The notes under the pieces were generated by a model. It made no database searches. It was not told the DNA's origin and was given only the letters and a program-made list of their open reading frames with translations. Made by a program: the position numbers and the translations under genes. Shown in pieces: positions 1 to 8,628 of a stretch of 32,000 nt of DNA (its first letter is position 1; each line of letters opens with the position of its first letter). Source of the stretch: Helicobacter anatolicus (GTDB taxonomy: Bacteria; Campylobacterota; Campylobacteria; Campylobacterales; Helicobacteraceae); the NCBI RefSeq assembly GCF_021300615.1, contig NZ_JAJTMY010000001.1, forward strand, positions 225,095-257,094, read 5' to 3'.

Positions 1-354
1 TGCGGGCATGTAAATTTGTGAAAATTTTCCAATTTCATTACTGTTTAATGTGGTATTAGATGGAAAGAGTGTAGAATCTTTCCTTGTGGTATCTAAACCA
101 ACTCCCCCTACCATTCCTTTTATTCCTATATTGAGTTGATGATCTTTTTCTAAAAGATTGAGAATAAAGCCTAGTTGTGCACTCAATGCCCAAAAACTAT
201 TATTAGGATAAATGGCTTTTTTTGGATCAACTTTTTTATTATTACTCAATCCTATGCGTGTAATGGAGGTAAAATTTCCATCAACTTGATATCCAATAGC
301 CTGTAAAAAATTAATAGTAAACAGCATGAGAATTAGCATAATAAGCCATCGCAT
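1..354 (-). CDS. Signal-peptide protein, N-terminal 118 codons only (gene runs off the left edge); possibly an outer-membrane protein
   Basis: Absent from the ORF track because it is truncated. Manual minus-strand translation from the ATG (complement of 352-354) gives MRWLIMLILMLFTINFLQAIGYQVDGNFTSITRIGLSNN..., open to position 1. AAGGAG Shine-Dalgarno (complement of 360-365). Hydrophobic signal-like N-terminus. Lies 35 nt downstream of aldA on the same strand. Confidence 0.5.
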   Translation of the reverse strand, partial: MRWLIMLILMLFTINFLQAIGYQVDGNFTSITRIGLSNNKKVDPKKAIYPNNSFWALSAQLGFILNLLEKDHQLNIGIKGMVGGVGLDTTRKDSTLFPSNTTLNSNEIGKFSQIYMPA

Positions 355-389
355 ATTCTCTCCTTTGTGTTGTTTTGCTTGTTATTTTG

Positions 390-1829
390 TTATTGAATTT
401 TTAGATTGTGTTGGATATAGACAACATGTGTTGCAAGATATTCTTCCAACCCATGCTTACCATCTGCACCACCAATTCCGCTTTTTCTAAATCCAGCATG
501 GAATCCTTGCATTGCTTCAAAATTTTCTCTATTTATATAAGTTTCACCAAATTTGATTTCTTTACAAGCACGCATTGCTACATCAAGATTTTGCGTATAA
601 ATAGAGCTTGTAAGACCATATTCGCAATCATTTGCCATATCAATTGCTTCATCTAGTGTGTCAAATTTCACAATAGGCAAAATAGGTGCAAAAATCTCTT
701 TTTGCATAATTTCATCGCTATGTTTTACTCCTGTAACTACTGTTGCTGGGAAGAAGTATCCATCAGTATTTTGAATTTTTCCACCAACTTCAATTTTTGC
801 TCCAGATTGTGTTGCACGATTAAGCATTGCTAAGGCATTATCTACACCAGCTTGATTGACTAAAGGTCCCATGTCAAAGTCTCCTTGCATGGTATTTCCA
901 ACGCTAACTTTGCTCATTGCTTGAGAAAATTTATCTACAAATTCATCATAAACACTTGTATGAATATATGCTCTTTCAGCACAATTGCACACTTGCCCAT
1001 TATTGCAGATTCTACTAGCTTTGATAGCTTCTACTGCAAGGTTAATATCTGCATCTTTACAAACAATAGCAGGGGCTTTTCCACCAAGTTCAAGCGATAC
1101 TTTTATGATATTTTTTGCTGCTGCCTCCATAATTTTGACACCAGATTCTACACTTCCTGTAAGGCTTACCATTCCTACATTGGGGTTGCTAGCAAGTTCG
1201 TGACCTACAACACTTCCCTTACCACCAACAAGATTAAATACTCCATTTGGAAGATTGCTTTGTTGTACGAGTTTTGCAAACTCATAAGCATTATTTGGAG
1301 TTTCACTACTTGGTTTTATAACAATTGTGTTACCTGTGATGAGTGCAGGTGCCATTTTTCTTGCAATAAGAAAGAATGGAAAGTTCCAAGGCAATATACC
1401 TGTAGTAACGCCAATGGCTTGTTTGAAAAGAAAAATTTGCTCATTTGCACGATCGCTTTGAATAATTTCTCCTTCATATCTTCTAGCCCATTCGCTCATA
1501 TAATCCATATAATCTGCGGTGAAATTGATTTCAATTTCTGCTAATGTGCGTGTTTTTCCTTGTTCTTGCATGAGTGTATCTGTAAGCATTTTTGCATTTT
1601 TTCGAATGAGTTCTGCAATTTTTCTTATATAGCTTGCGCGTTCAATTGCAGGTTTCATTTCCCAAGATTTTTGTGCGATTTTAGCTGCCATGATTGCATC
1701 TTGTGTTTCTTGCAAACTTGCGCTAGGAATAGAAGAGATATGCTCTTTTGTCGCGGGGTTATAAACTTTGATAAATTCGCCTTTATGTTCGATAAATTCG
1801 CCGTTGATAAAATTCTGATAAGTTTTCAT
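390..1829 (-). CDS. aldA: Lactaldehyde dehydrogenase (NAD-dependent aldehyde dehydrogenase, AldA type)
   Basis: 479 aa, the same length as E. coli AldA. Long near-identical blocks as I recall that protein: FTADYMDYMSEWARRYEGEIIQSD, GVTTGILPWNFPFFLIARKMAPAL, ELGGKAPAIV, QVCNCAER, FGETYINRENFEAMQGFHAGFRKSGIGGADGKHGL. Last enzyme gene of the fucose operon. Confidence 0.9.
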   Translation of the reverse strand: MKTYQNFINGEFIEHKGEFIKVYNPATKEHISSIPSASLQETQDAIMAAKIAQKSWEMKPAIERASYIRKIAELIRKNAKMLTDTLMQEQGKTRTLAEIEINFTADYMDYMSEWARRYEGEIIQSDRANEQIFLFKQAIGVTTGILPWNFPFFLIARKMAPALITGNTIVIKPSSETPNNAYEFAKLVQQSNLPNGVFNLVGGKGSVVGHELASNPNVGMVSLTGSVESGVKIMEAAAKNIIKVSLELGGKAPAIVCKDADINLAVEAIKASRICNNGQVCNCAERAYIHTSVYDEFVDKFSQAMSKVSVGNTMQGDFDMGPLVNQAGVDNALAMLNRATQSGAKIEVGGKIQNTDGYFFPATVVTGVKHSDEIMQKEIFAPILPIVKFDTLDEAIDMANDCEYGLTSSIYTQNLDVAMRACKEIKFGETYINRENFEAMQGFHAGFRKSGIGGADGKHGLEEYLATHVVYIQHNLKIQ

Positions 1830-1925
1830 TTTATTCCTTTTTAAGATTTTTTATGGTTTTTTACAATGAGTGAAGGGAAAAAATTATGGAGGAGAATAGG
1901 TAATTAAAAACTTCATAGTATTCCT

Positions 1926-3044
1926 TTAATCAAGATGAAAAACTTCTGTAATATCAAGCCAAGGGGAGTTTTCTCCCATGGGGATTTGACAAGCATCTGT
2001 TTGTATCCACCATTTTTGTGTAAAAGAGTCTTGCGCGATTTGTTGCATATCTTTTGAAAAGTCCTCTCCTGTATATTCAAAATATGCAAAGAGATAATCT
2101 CCGTAATGATAGATGCTATAGTTTTGAATATGAGCCTTTTTGAGTGTGTCATTGATTTCTTTCCATGCGTTGTAATGCAGGTTTTTATAAGTTTCTAACA
2201 TATCTTGTTTGATTTTTGTAATCTGTGAGAATCTTTGCTTTTTGGGCAAAATCTCATAACATTCCATAGCATTTTTTGTAAAAATTTTTTGTATATTTTC
2301 GTGAGATATATGGAGATTTAAGAGTTTTGTATAAAGTATTTTTACCCAAAGATATGGGGGAATTTTACTTACAGGATAATTGCTGCCAAATAAAAGTTTT
2401 TCTACAGGAAAATAAGAAAAAATAATTTTTAAGATCTTGTCTAGGTTTTGTTCTGCTATTTGTATATCAAAACTATCACAAGGAGAAAGCTTGCAATAAA
2501 TATTTGCAATTTTTGCTAATGTTTTTATTTTGTGTGTATAGCTTTCAAGATCGTTAAAATCTGGATTTCCAAAATGATTAATTACAATTTTTAACTTAGG
2601 AAATTTTGTAGCAATTTTTTCTAGTAGCAATAAATCTTTTTCTAGCAAACATGCTTCAAAAACAATTTTTGTATTTTCTTTGTAGATTTTTTCTATAGAT
2701 TGTAAAATTTCTTCTTCGCAAGGAATTTCTTTATGCATGATTTTTCGTATCGCACAGGTTTTTGGTGATTTTTGCTTAGAAAAAAAGGTTTCTTGAGGAA
2801 TGCAAATGCCTAAAATTTGATCCTTTTGTCTTGCAAGGTTTTGAATATATGCAAGTTCTTTTTCCTTTTGTGTGGAATCTACTTCAATATAAATTCCTCC
2901 ATAAAAATTAAGATCTTTATAGGATTTTACATAGTCTTTGAAAGTAAAATTCCTGTCAAATTCGCTATTTTTAATCCATTCTATAGCAAAAAATTCTCTT
3001 TCCCAAATATGAAAATGCGTGTCAATGATTTTTAAATTTTTCAT
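1926..3044 (-). CDS. Fusion protein: amidohydrolase-family L-fucono-lactonase (N-terminal part) plus RhaM/DUF718-like sugar mutarotase (C-terminal ~105 aa)
   Basis: The N-terminus MKNLKIIDTHFHIW is the metal-binding HxH start of amidohydrolase_2 lactonases. The C-terminus (HYNAWKEINDTLKKAHIQNYSIYHYGDYLFAYFEYTGEDF...TQKWW...EVFHLD) aligns by eye with E. coli RhaM. Start moved from 3095 to the ATG at 3044, which overlaps the fucP stop (TAATG). The junction near 2240 is continuous, with no stop or frameshift. Confidence 0.8.
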   Translation of the reverse strand: MKNLKIIDTHFHIWEREFFAIEWIKNSEFDRNFTFKDYVKSYKDLNFYGGIYIEVDSTQKEKELAYIQNLARQKDQILGICIPQETFFSKQKSPKTCAIRKIMHKEIPCEEEILQSIEKIYKENTKIVFEACLLEKDLLLLEKIATKFPKLKIVINHFGNPDFNDLESYTHKIKTLAKIANIYCKLSPCDSFDIQIAEQNLDKILKIIFSYFPVEKLLFGSNYPVSKIPPYLWVKILYTKLLNLHISHENIQKIFTKNAMECYEILPKKQRFSQITKIKQDMLETYKNLHYNAWKEINDTLKKAHIQNYSIYHYGDYLFAYFEYTGEDFSKDMQQIAQDSFTQKWWIQTDACQIPMGENSPWLDITEVFHLD

Positions 3045-4276
3045 TATTTTTCCTTTGATCCAATAAATCCATAGTAAGAGACAAATAAAAAGCAAATTGT
3101 AAGGATTAAATATCCCATACTTGTGCCATAGAGATCATTAAAATATCCCATGATACTTGGCATAATTGCACCACCAACAATGCTCATAATTAATAAAGAA
3201 CTTGCAAGCTTAACTTGGGATTGTGGGAGTGTGCTAATAGAGATTGCAAAGATTGTGGGGAATGAAATGCTCATAAAGAAAAAGATGGCAATTAAAGCAA
3301 TTACTCCGCTAAATCCACTAGAGAAATACAAATACATACAAAGTAATGCATTAATCATGCTATAGATTCCTAGGATTTTATGAGATGAAATCTTTTTCAT
3401 CAAAGGCGTGGTAAAAATTCTTCCTAGCATAAAAGCAATGAGTGCAATGCTAAAATAATATGCTGCTTGAGAGTCGCTGATATCTGTGTTATGTTCTGTA
3501 ACATAATTGATAAAAAATGCTCCTGCGCCAACTTGTGCAGCGATATAAAGAAATTGTGCAAATAATCCTAAAGAAAAAATTTTATTTTTAAAGCAAGTTA
3601 GAATATTTTGAGATTGTTGAGTGGTGATTTCTTCTTTTTGTTCAGGTAGTTTTGCAAAAATAAAAGCCAACATTGTGAAAAACACAACAACAGCAATTGC
3701 TACATAGATGAGCTGAACATTTCCCATATTTTTTTGTAATAATTCTTCTATTATTTCTATAGGGGCATCTTTTGGTGCTTTAGTAATGGATAAAAAAAGT
3801 TGTCCCGCAATAATGGGTCCGATAAATTGACCAATACCATTGAAGCTCTGTGCAGCATTGATTCTAAAGCTTGAATTTTTAGAATCCCCTAATTTTGTAA
3901 TATAGGAATTTGCATTAGTTTCTAGAGTGCCAAGTCCACAAGCTAGGATAAAAAATGCAAATAAAAATAAAGCAAAATTTGCAGAATTTGTTGCAGGAAT
4001 AATCAAAAGACAACCAATAGCATAGAGTGCCAATCCCATTAAGATTCCAATTTTATAGGAAAATTTTTGTGCAATAAATCCTGCGGGTAGAGCGATAATA
4101 AAATACGCACCAAAATAGGCCATTTGTAAATAACCGCTTTCATGTTGGGTAATATGCAAGTGGTTTTGCAAGTTTTTGTTCATTACATCAATAAGACCAT
4201 AACTAAGTCCCCAGAGAAAAAATAGAAAAGTAACAAGAGTAATAGCAATTCTTAACTGTATAGGTGAAATTTTCAT
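3044..4276 (-). CDS. fucP: L-fucose:H+ symporter (MFS, FucP family)
   Basis: 410 aa polytopic membrane protein with clear FucP-type blocks, e.g. FFLWG...N, YFGAYFIIALPAGFIAQKFSYKIGILMGLALYAIG, GLGTLETNAN, SFPTIFA. Matches in E. coli FucP are from my memory of that protein. Confidence 0.9.
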   Translation of the reverse strand: MKISPIQLRIAITLVTFLFFLWGLSYGLIDVMNKNLQNHLHITQHESGYLQMAYFGAYFIIALPAGFIAQKFSYKIGILMGLALYAIGCLLIIPATNSANFALFLFAFFILACGLGTLETNANSYITKLGDSKNSSFRINAAQSFNGIGQFIGPIIAGQLFLSITKAPKDAPIEIIEELLQKNMGNVQLIYVAIAVVVFFTMLAFIFAKLPEQKEEITTQQSQNILTCFKNKIFSLGLFAQFLYIAAQVGAGAFFINYVTEHNTDISDSQAAYYFSIALIAFMLGRIFTTPLMKKISSHKILGIYSMINALLCMYLYFSSGFSGVIALIAIFFFMSISFPTIFAISISTLPQSQVKLASSLLIMSIVGGAIMPSIMGYFNDLYGTSMGYLILTICFLFVSYYGFIGSKEK

Positions 4277-4304
4277 GATTGATCCTTGAGTACTGTGGTT
4301 TGGT

Positions 4305-5087
4305 TTAATCCCAATTTAATGCTCTATCTAAGTGGACATATCCGCCATCAATATGGAATATTTGTCCTGTGGTGTGTGAGCTTTTGGGACTGATAATAAA
4401 AGTAGCAAAATCTGCAATTTCTTCAATTGTGGTAAATCTTTTGCCCAATGGGATTTTTGAAGCAATGTTGTTGTATTGAGCTTTTGGGTCTTTAAAATTT
4501 TGTAACCATTTTTCATAAAGTGGAGTCATAACTTCAGCAGGTGCTATGGCATTTACTCTCACATTATCTTTTGCAAAGGCACATGCCCATTCTCTTGTAA
4601 ACCCTATTTGTGCAGCTTTTGCCGATGCGTATGCAGAGGTTTTTCCTTGTCCTGTGATTCCTGTTTTTGAAACAATATTTAAGATATTTCCTTGATTTTT
4701 TTGGATACTAGGAAATAGGATTCTTGTGAGTTCGTAGTAGTGAAAAAGATTGTTTTCATAGCTTTCTATGAGTTTTTTTACAGGTGTTTGTAGTATGTCT
4801 AAATTATCATTCATTCCAGCATTATTGACTAATGCATAGATGTTTGGGAATTTTTGTAAAATATTTTTAGTTAGATTCTCAATTTCTTGATGATTTTTGA
4901 GATCAAAATAATAAATTGCATAGTTTTTTGTGATTTTTTGCAGTTTTTCTTCAAAGGCTTTATTTTCTGTTCTTGAAATAATAATAGGGATAGCACCTTC
5001 TTTTGCTAAAGACAAAGTAATGCCCCCGCCAATTCCTTTTAATCCGCCTGTAATGATAATATTTTTATTTTGAAGTTGTAGATCCAT
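4305..5087 (-). CDS. Short-chain dehydrogenase/reductase, probable L-fucose 1-dehydrogenase (position of C. jejuni Cj0485/FucX)
   Basis: 260 aa. TGGLKGIGG Rossmann motif, NNAG, and the YASAK catalytic Y-x3-K. Substrate assignment rests on operon context only. Confidence 0.8.
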   Translation of the reverse strand: MDLQLQNKNIIITGGLKGIGGGITLSLAKEGAIPIIISRTENKAFEEKLQKITKNYAIYYFDLKNHQEIENLTKNILQKFPNIYALVNNAGMNDNLDILQTPVKKLIESYENNLFHYYELTRILFPSIQKNQGNILNIVSKTGITGQGKTSAYASAKAAQIGFTREWACAFAKDNVRVNAIAPAEVMTPLYEKWLQNFKDPKAQYNNIASKIPLGKRFTTIEEIADFATFIISPKSSHTTGQIFHIDGGYVHLDRALNWD

Positions 5088-5099
5088 TTTTTGCTCCTT

Positions 5100-6272
5100 T
5101 TAACATGTTGTAGCTAGACGCCAGATTGAAAAATCATTTTGTTTATTAATTTCTGCTTTTGTAAGTTCTCCTTGCGAGAGTTTGATAACAAATTCTAAAA
5201 TTTCCTCCTTTTTTTCTTCCATAGTTTTTTTGCCATCTAAAATATCTCCTGCATTAATATCAATGCAATCTTGCATATTTAAAAAAGTTTTTGTGTTGGA
5301 GGAAACTTTGATAGTTGGAGTAATGGGAGAGCCTGTTGGAGTACCTCTTCCTGTGGTAAAAATACAAAGATTGCATCCACCAGCGACCATTCCAGAGAGT
5401 TGTTCTATATCATTTCCTGGAGTGTTCATTAGCGTTAGACCCTTTTGTGTGATTTTATGAGCATATTCTTTTACATCAACAAGGGGCTTACTTCCGGCCT
5501 TGTAAATACATCCCAAAGATTTTTCTTCAATACTAGAAAGTCCTCCCGCGATATTTCCAGGACTTGGATTTGCTCCTCTAATATCTGCATGAGAGTTAAG
5601 AACAAGCTGTTCAAAATTATTAATTGTGCTATAAACTTTGTTTTTGATTTCTTCATTGATTGCGCGTTTTGCAAGAAGGTGCTCTGCACCAATTAATTCT
5701 GTTGTTTCTGCTAAAATTACACTACCATCATGCTCGATGATAAAATCGCTAACTGCTCCTAATGCAGGATTTGCAGAAAGTCCTGAAAAAGCATCGCTTC
5801 CGCCACATTCTGTACCTAAAACAATATCTGACCAATCTCCAAAACTTTGTGTTTGTTTTTGTGCATTTAAAAGCATTTGTTTGACGATTGCATCACCCTT
5901 TTTTGTGGTATTTAAAACTCCACCTTCTTCTTGAATAATGAGGTGATGTACTTCTTTATATGGAGTGTTTTCTTTGATATTTTTAGCAAGATTATCAGCG
6001 CTAATTACCTCGCATCCAAGCCCTATAATCAACACGCCATAGACATTTGGATTTGTTCCATGCCCTGCCAAAACCATTTGGGTTTGCTTAGCATCATAAT
6101 CAAGCTGGGAGCATCCGTGTTGATGTGTAATATATACACTATCGGGATTTAATTTTGCGATATTTTCTACACATTTATTTGCACAATGCACACTCGGGAT
6201 AATAATAACTTTATTACGAAGACCAAAAGAATTATCCTCTCTTCTAAAGCCTAGTATTTTTGTATTTTTCAT
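5100..6272 (-). CDS. UxaA/altronate-dehydratase-family large subunit, probable L-fuconate dehydratase
   Basis: 390 aa. N-terminal FGLRN..IIIPSVHCAN and C-terminal CIFTTGRGTP motifs are typical of the UxaA C-terminal domain. Its ATG overlaps the stop of the upstream SAF-domain ORF (ATGA at 6269-6272). Confidence 0.85.
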   Translation of the reverse strand: MKNTKILGFRREDNSFGLRNKVIIIPSVHCANKCVENIAKLNPDSVYITHQHGCSQLDYDAKQTQMVLAGHGTNPNVYGVLIIGLGCEVISADNLAKNIKENTPYKEVHHLIIQEEGGVLNTTKKGDAIVKQMLLNAQKQTQSFGDWSDIVLGTECGGSDAFSGLSANPALGAVSDFIIEHDGSVILAETTELIGAEHLLAKRAINEEIKNKVYSTINNFEQLVLNSHADIRGANPSPGNIAGGLSSIEEKSLGCIYKAGSKPLVDVKEYAHKITQKGLTLMNTPGNDIEQLSGMVAGGCNLCIFTTGRGTPTGSPITPTIKVSSNTKTFLNMQDCIDINAGDILDGKKTMEEKKEEILEFVIKLSQGELTKAEINKQNDFSIWRLATTC

Positions 6273-6529
6273 TGTTTATCTCCTCGTCCTCGGATTCCTT
6301 CAATATTGTGAATATGGACATGCGATCCTTTTTTAATATCACAGCTAGCTTGCGCGATAACTTCTCCGTATTTCACAATGTTCTCACCTTTTAAAATATC
6401 CTTAATGGCAAATTTGTGACCATTTTTGATATCTTGTAATAATGTAACATCTCCTAATTTTTCTCCACTTTTGCAATCTTTTAATGTGGTGGCAACATTG
6501 TCTAATTGGTTGATAATGATAAATTGCAT
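6269..6529 (-). CDS. UxaA-family N-terminal SAF-domain small subunit
   Basis: 86 aa. DNVATTLKD...GEKL...IKNGHKFAIKDILKGENIVKYGEVIAQASCDIKKGSHVHIHN is the SAF/AFP-like N-domain of altronate dehydratases. Translationally coupled to 5100-6272. Confidence 0.8.
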   Translation of the reverse strand: MQFIIINQLDNVATTLKDCKSGEKLGDVTLLQDIKNGHKFAIKDILKGENIVKYGEVIAQASCDIKKGSHVHIHNIEGIRGRGDKQ

Positions 6530-6537
6530 GTTAGATC

Positions 6538-7443
6538 CTAAAGACTACTTAATCCCACTTCTTGGTGGATCTCTTGAATAATTTTTTTAGCCTCTTGTTT
6601 TTTAGTTTCAAAGCTTGCTGTAATATTTTCATGGATAGGGTGTGGACTTACTAGGCTGTTGAAATTAAAGCCTCTAGCTTCTAAAAGACATGCGTATCCT
6701 AAAGGAAATGGCAGACTTGATGCAAATGAAATTGCTTTAATGATGGATTTTTGAAGTTTTTGAGCGGTAGAGAAATCTTGATTGTGGAAGTTTTGATAGA
6801 TTTTGCTCATGATCTCTGGAAATACGCCCCCACAAGAAGTCATTGAACCCTTAGCACCATTGATTAATGCTCCAAGATAATATTCCTCTCTACCTACAAA
6901 AATATCAAAATTACATACATCCATAAAATGTGCAAAATCCACCGCTGATCCTGAAGAATCCTTCATTCCTATAATATTTTCAATTTTGCTTAGGGTCTTT
7001 GCTACCTTGAGGCTGATAGGAGGGGCAAAAAGTGGAATATTATAGATATAGAGTGGAAGACTAATTTTTTTTGCAATTTGACTAAAATAGGCAATCATAT
7101 TTTCTTCGCTAATGGGATAGTAAAATGGAGGTTGTAAAAGCAAGGCATCTACACCAATTTCTTTTGCTTTTTGTGCAAGCGCTAGAGTTTCTTCATAAAT
7201 TACGCTACCAATTCCACTAATTACGGGGACTTCTTTTTTTGCCGCTTCGACGCTAAGTTTCATGAGCTGGACCTTTTTTTCAAAGCTTAGTGCCAAGCCA
7301 TCGCCAGCAGACCCGTTACAAAAAATTCCATTTAATCCATTCTTGATACCAAATCTTGCAATTTTGATATATTCTTGCGTATTAATGCTTAAATCTTTAT
7401 TGTATGGGGTTAGCATCGCTGGAAGTGTGCCAAATAGTTTCAT
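6538..7443 (-). CDS. DapA/DHDPS-family class I aldolase, probable 2-keto-3-deoxy-L-fuconate aldolase
   Basis: The N-terminus MKLFGTLPAMLTPY and the GIFCNGSAGDG and GMKDSSG blocks are typical of the DapA/NAL family. Start set at the ATG (7443), which has AGGAGA 7 nt upstream; the track start at 7470 lacks an SD. First gene of the fucose operon. Confidence 0.85.
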   Translation of the reverse strand: MKLFGTLPAMLTPYNKDLSINTQEYIKIARFGIKNGLNGIFCNGSAGDGLALSFEKKVQLMKLSVEAAKKEVPVISGIGSVIYEETLALAQKAKEIGVDALLLQPPFYYPISEENMIAYFSQIAKKISLPLYIYNIPLFAPPISLKVAKTLSKIENIIGMKDSSGSAVDFAHFMDVCNFDIFVGREEYYLGALINGAKGSMTSCGGVFPEIMSKIYQNFHNQDFSTAQKLQKSIIKAISFASSLPFPLGYACLLEARGFNFNSLVSPHPIHENITASFETKKQEAKKIIQEIHQEVGLSSL

Positions 7444-7582
7444 TGTTATCTCCTGTAATGATTTGTACACACTATAATCAAAAAAATCATAAAAATTACT
7501 ATAAGTAAAAAAAATATAAAATAAAATTTTATCTTTTTACAATAGGTAACAAAAAATATAATAAAAAATTTAATTTTTTGAT

Positions 7583-8227
7583 TTAAAAAAGTTTAATTGT
7601 AATACTATAGATAAGATTTAGGCCGAAGAAAACAAAAATAATTCCAGCGACTATATCAATAAAAAATGCACGCTTTAAAAAGCCTTGATAAATTGTCTTG
7701 ATTCTAAAAAAATATACTACAAACCAAAACCAAATACTAGGGATAAAAAGCATAAAAAATAGTAAAAGCAAATTGACTTGTAGGGGAGGTGTGGTTGGAA
7801 GATTGCTAAGAATAATGCTGATAAAAATTGGAGGTTTTGGGTTGGAGAGATTGGTAAAAACTCCAGAAATAAAGCTTTGTTTGGAGGAACTTTGCAATTG
7901 GATAGAATCTAGATTTTGTTCCTTTTTATTTTTGAGAGAATAAAAAATTTTACTTGCCATATAAAGCAAATAAATTCCACCACAAAATTGCACAATGTCA
8001 AAAAGTATGGTTTTGCTAAGAATATTGATTAAGAAAAATCCTACAATAAGCCAAATTAGTGTGCCAAAGATAATTCCTGCTACAGAACTTAGGGCTTGAT
8101 GTTTGCTTTGTTTGATGGAGGATCGAACGATGAGAAAAAAATCTGGACCTGGCATGATTACTGCCAAAGTCCAAATTGTAAGAATACTTAAAATTTCTTT
8201 GTGATATTGAAAAATAAAATCTAGCAA
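7583..8227 (-). CDS. LysE/RhtB-family amino-acid exporter
   Basis: 214 aa with about 6 TM segments. N-terminal PGPDFF motif typical of LysE translocators. The start is TTG (complement of 8225-8227), preceded by AAGGGG 6 nt upstream. Confidence 0.75.
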   Translation of the reverse strand: MLDFIFQYHKEILSILTIWTLAVIMPGPDFFLIVRSSIKQSKHQALSSVAGIIFGTLIWLIVGFFLINILSKTILFDIVQFCGGIYLLYMASKIFYSLKNKKEQNLDSIQLQSSSKQSFISGVFTNLSNPKPPIFISIILSNLPTTPPLQVNLLLLFFMLFIPSIWFWFVVYFFRIKTIYQGFLKRAFFIDIVAGIIFVFFGLNLIYSITIKLF

Positions 8228-8622
8228 AATAAACCCCTTATTATTGATTAGTAGGATATTTTAATCTTTTTGATAAAAAATCTCAAGATGAGATAGATTG
8301 AAAAATATCTTAAAAGACAGAAAGTAAAAATTTAAAAGTCAATTTTCTACTAAGATTAAAGATTAGTGGCATTAAAAAGCCCTCTAAATATAGTGTGTTT
8401 TTGCATGAGGAGTATATTCTTGCAATATTTTAGTATATTTGTTTTTACTCTTTCATGTTTCTAAATGGTGCTATTGAAAAGAATTGATAGAAAATAATTA
8501 TAGGTTTGTATGTTTTATATCAAAAAATTCTGTTTGAAATTAAGAAGTGAAAAAATAAAAATTAGTGATAAGACTAGCAGTATTGTAATTTTTAAAATGC
8601 GCAATCTTGTTGCGATGTATTG

Positions 8623-8628
8623 TATAAT
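8623..8628 (+). promoter_or_regulatory. Candidate -10 box (TATAAT, preceded by TG) for hemL
   Basis: TGTATAAT lies 42 nt upstream of the hemL ATG. No conserved -35, which is usual in this lineage. Confidence 0.35.

Noticed and set aside
885-1544. 219-aa plus-strand ORF (and the neighbouring 72-94 aa ORFs at 408-656, 985-1203 and 1560-1844)
   Set aside because: All lie antisense to, or out of frame within, aldA, which has near-identity blocks to E. coli AldA. Their Cys/Phe/Ile-rich composition is typical of shadow ORFs in AT-rich DNA.
3045-3095. N-terminal extensions offered by the ORF track: 3095 for the lactonase, 7470 for the aldolase, 26489 for clpB, 31322 for the GT-B gene and 23333 for the envelope protein
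   Set aside because: The extensions lack an SD, overlap the upstream gene or promoter elements (the ATG at 26489 lies inside the -10 box), and add non-homologous residues. Internal ATGs with an SD or canonical N-terminal motifs were preferred.
5100-6529. Split UxaA as a frameshifted pseudogene
   Set aside because: Both ORFs are intact and are joined by an ATGA coupling overlap at the interdomain boundary. The same two-gene arrangement is recalled for the C. jejuni fuc locus.
8405-8464. 19-codon hydrophobic ORF as a type I toxin (AapA/Ibs-like)
   Set aside because: There is no Shine-Dalgarno upstream and no obvious antisense promoter or stable 5' UTR fold that I could see. It is shorter than the known Helicobacter AapA peptides. 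It is mentioned only as content of the long intergenic region.
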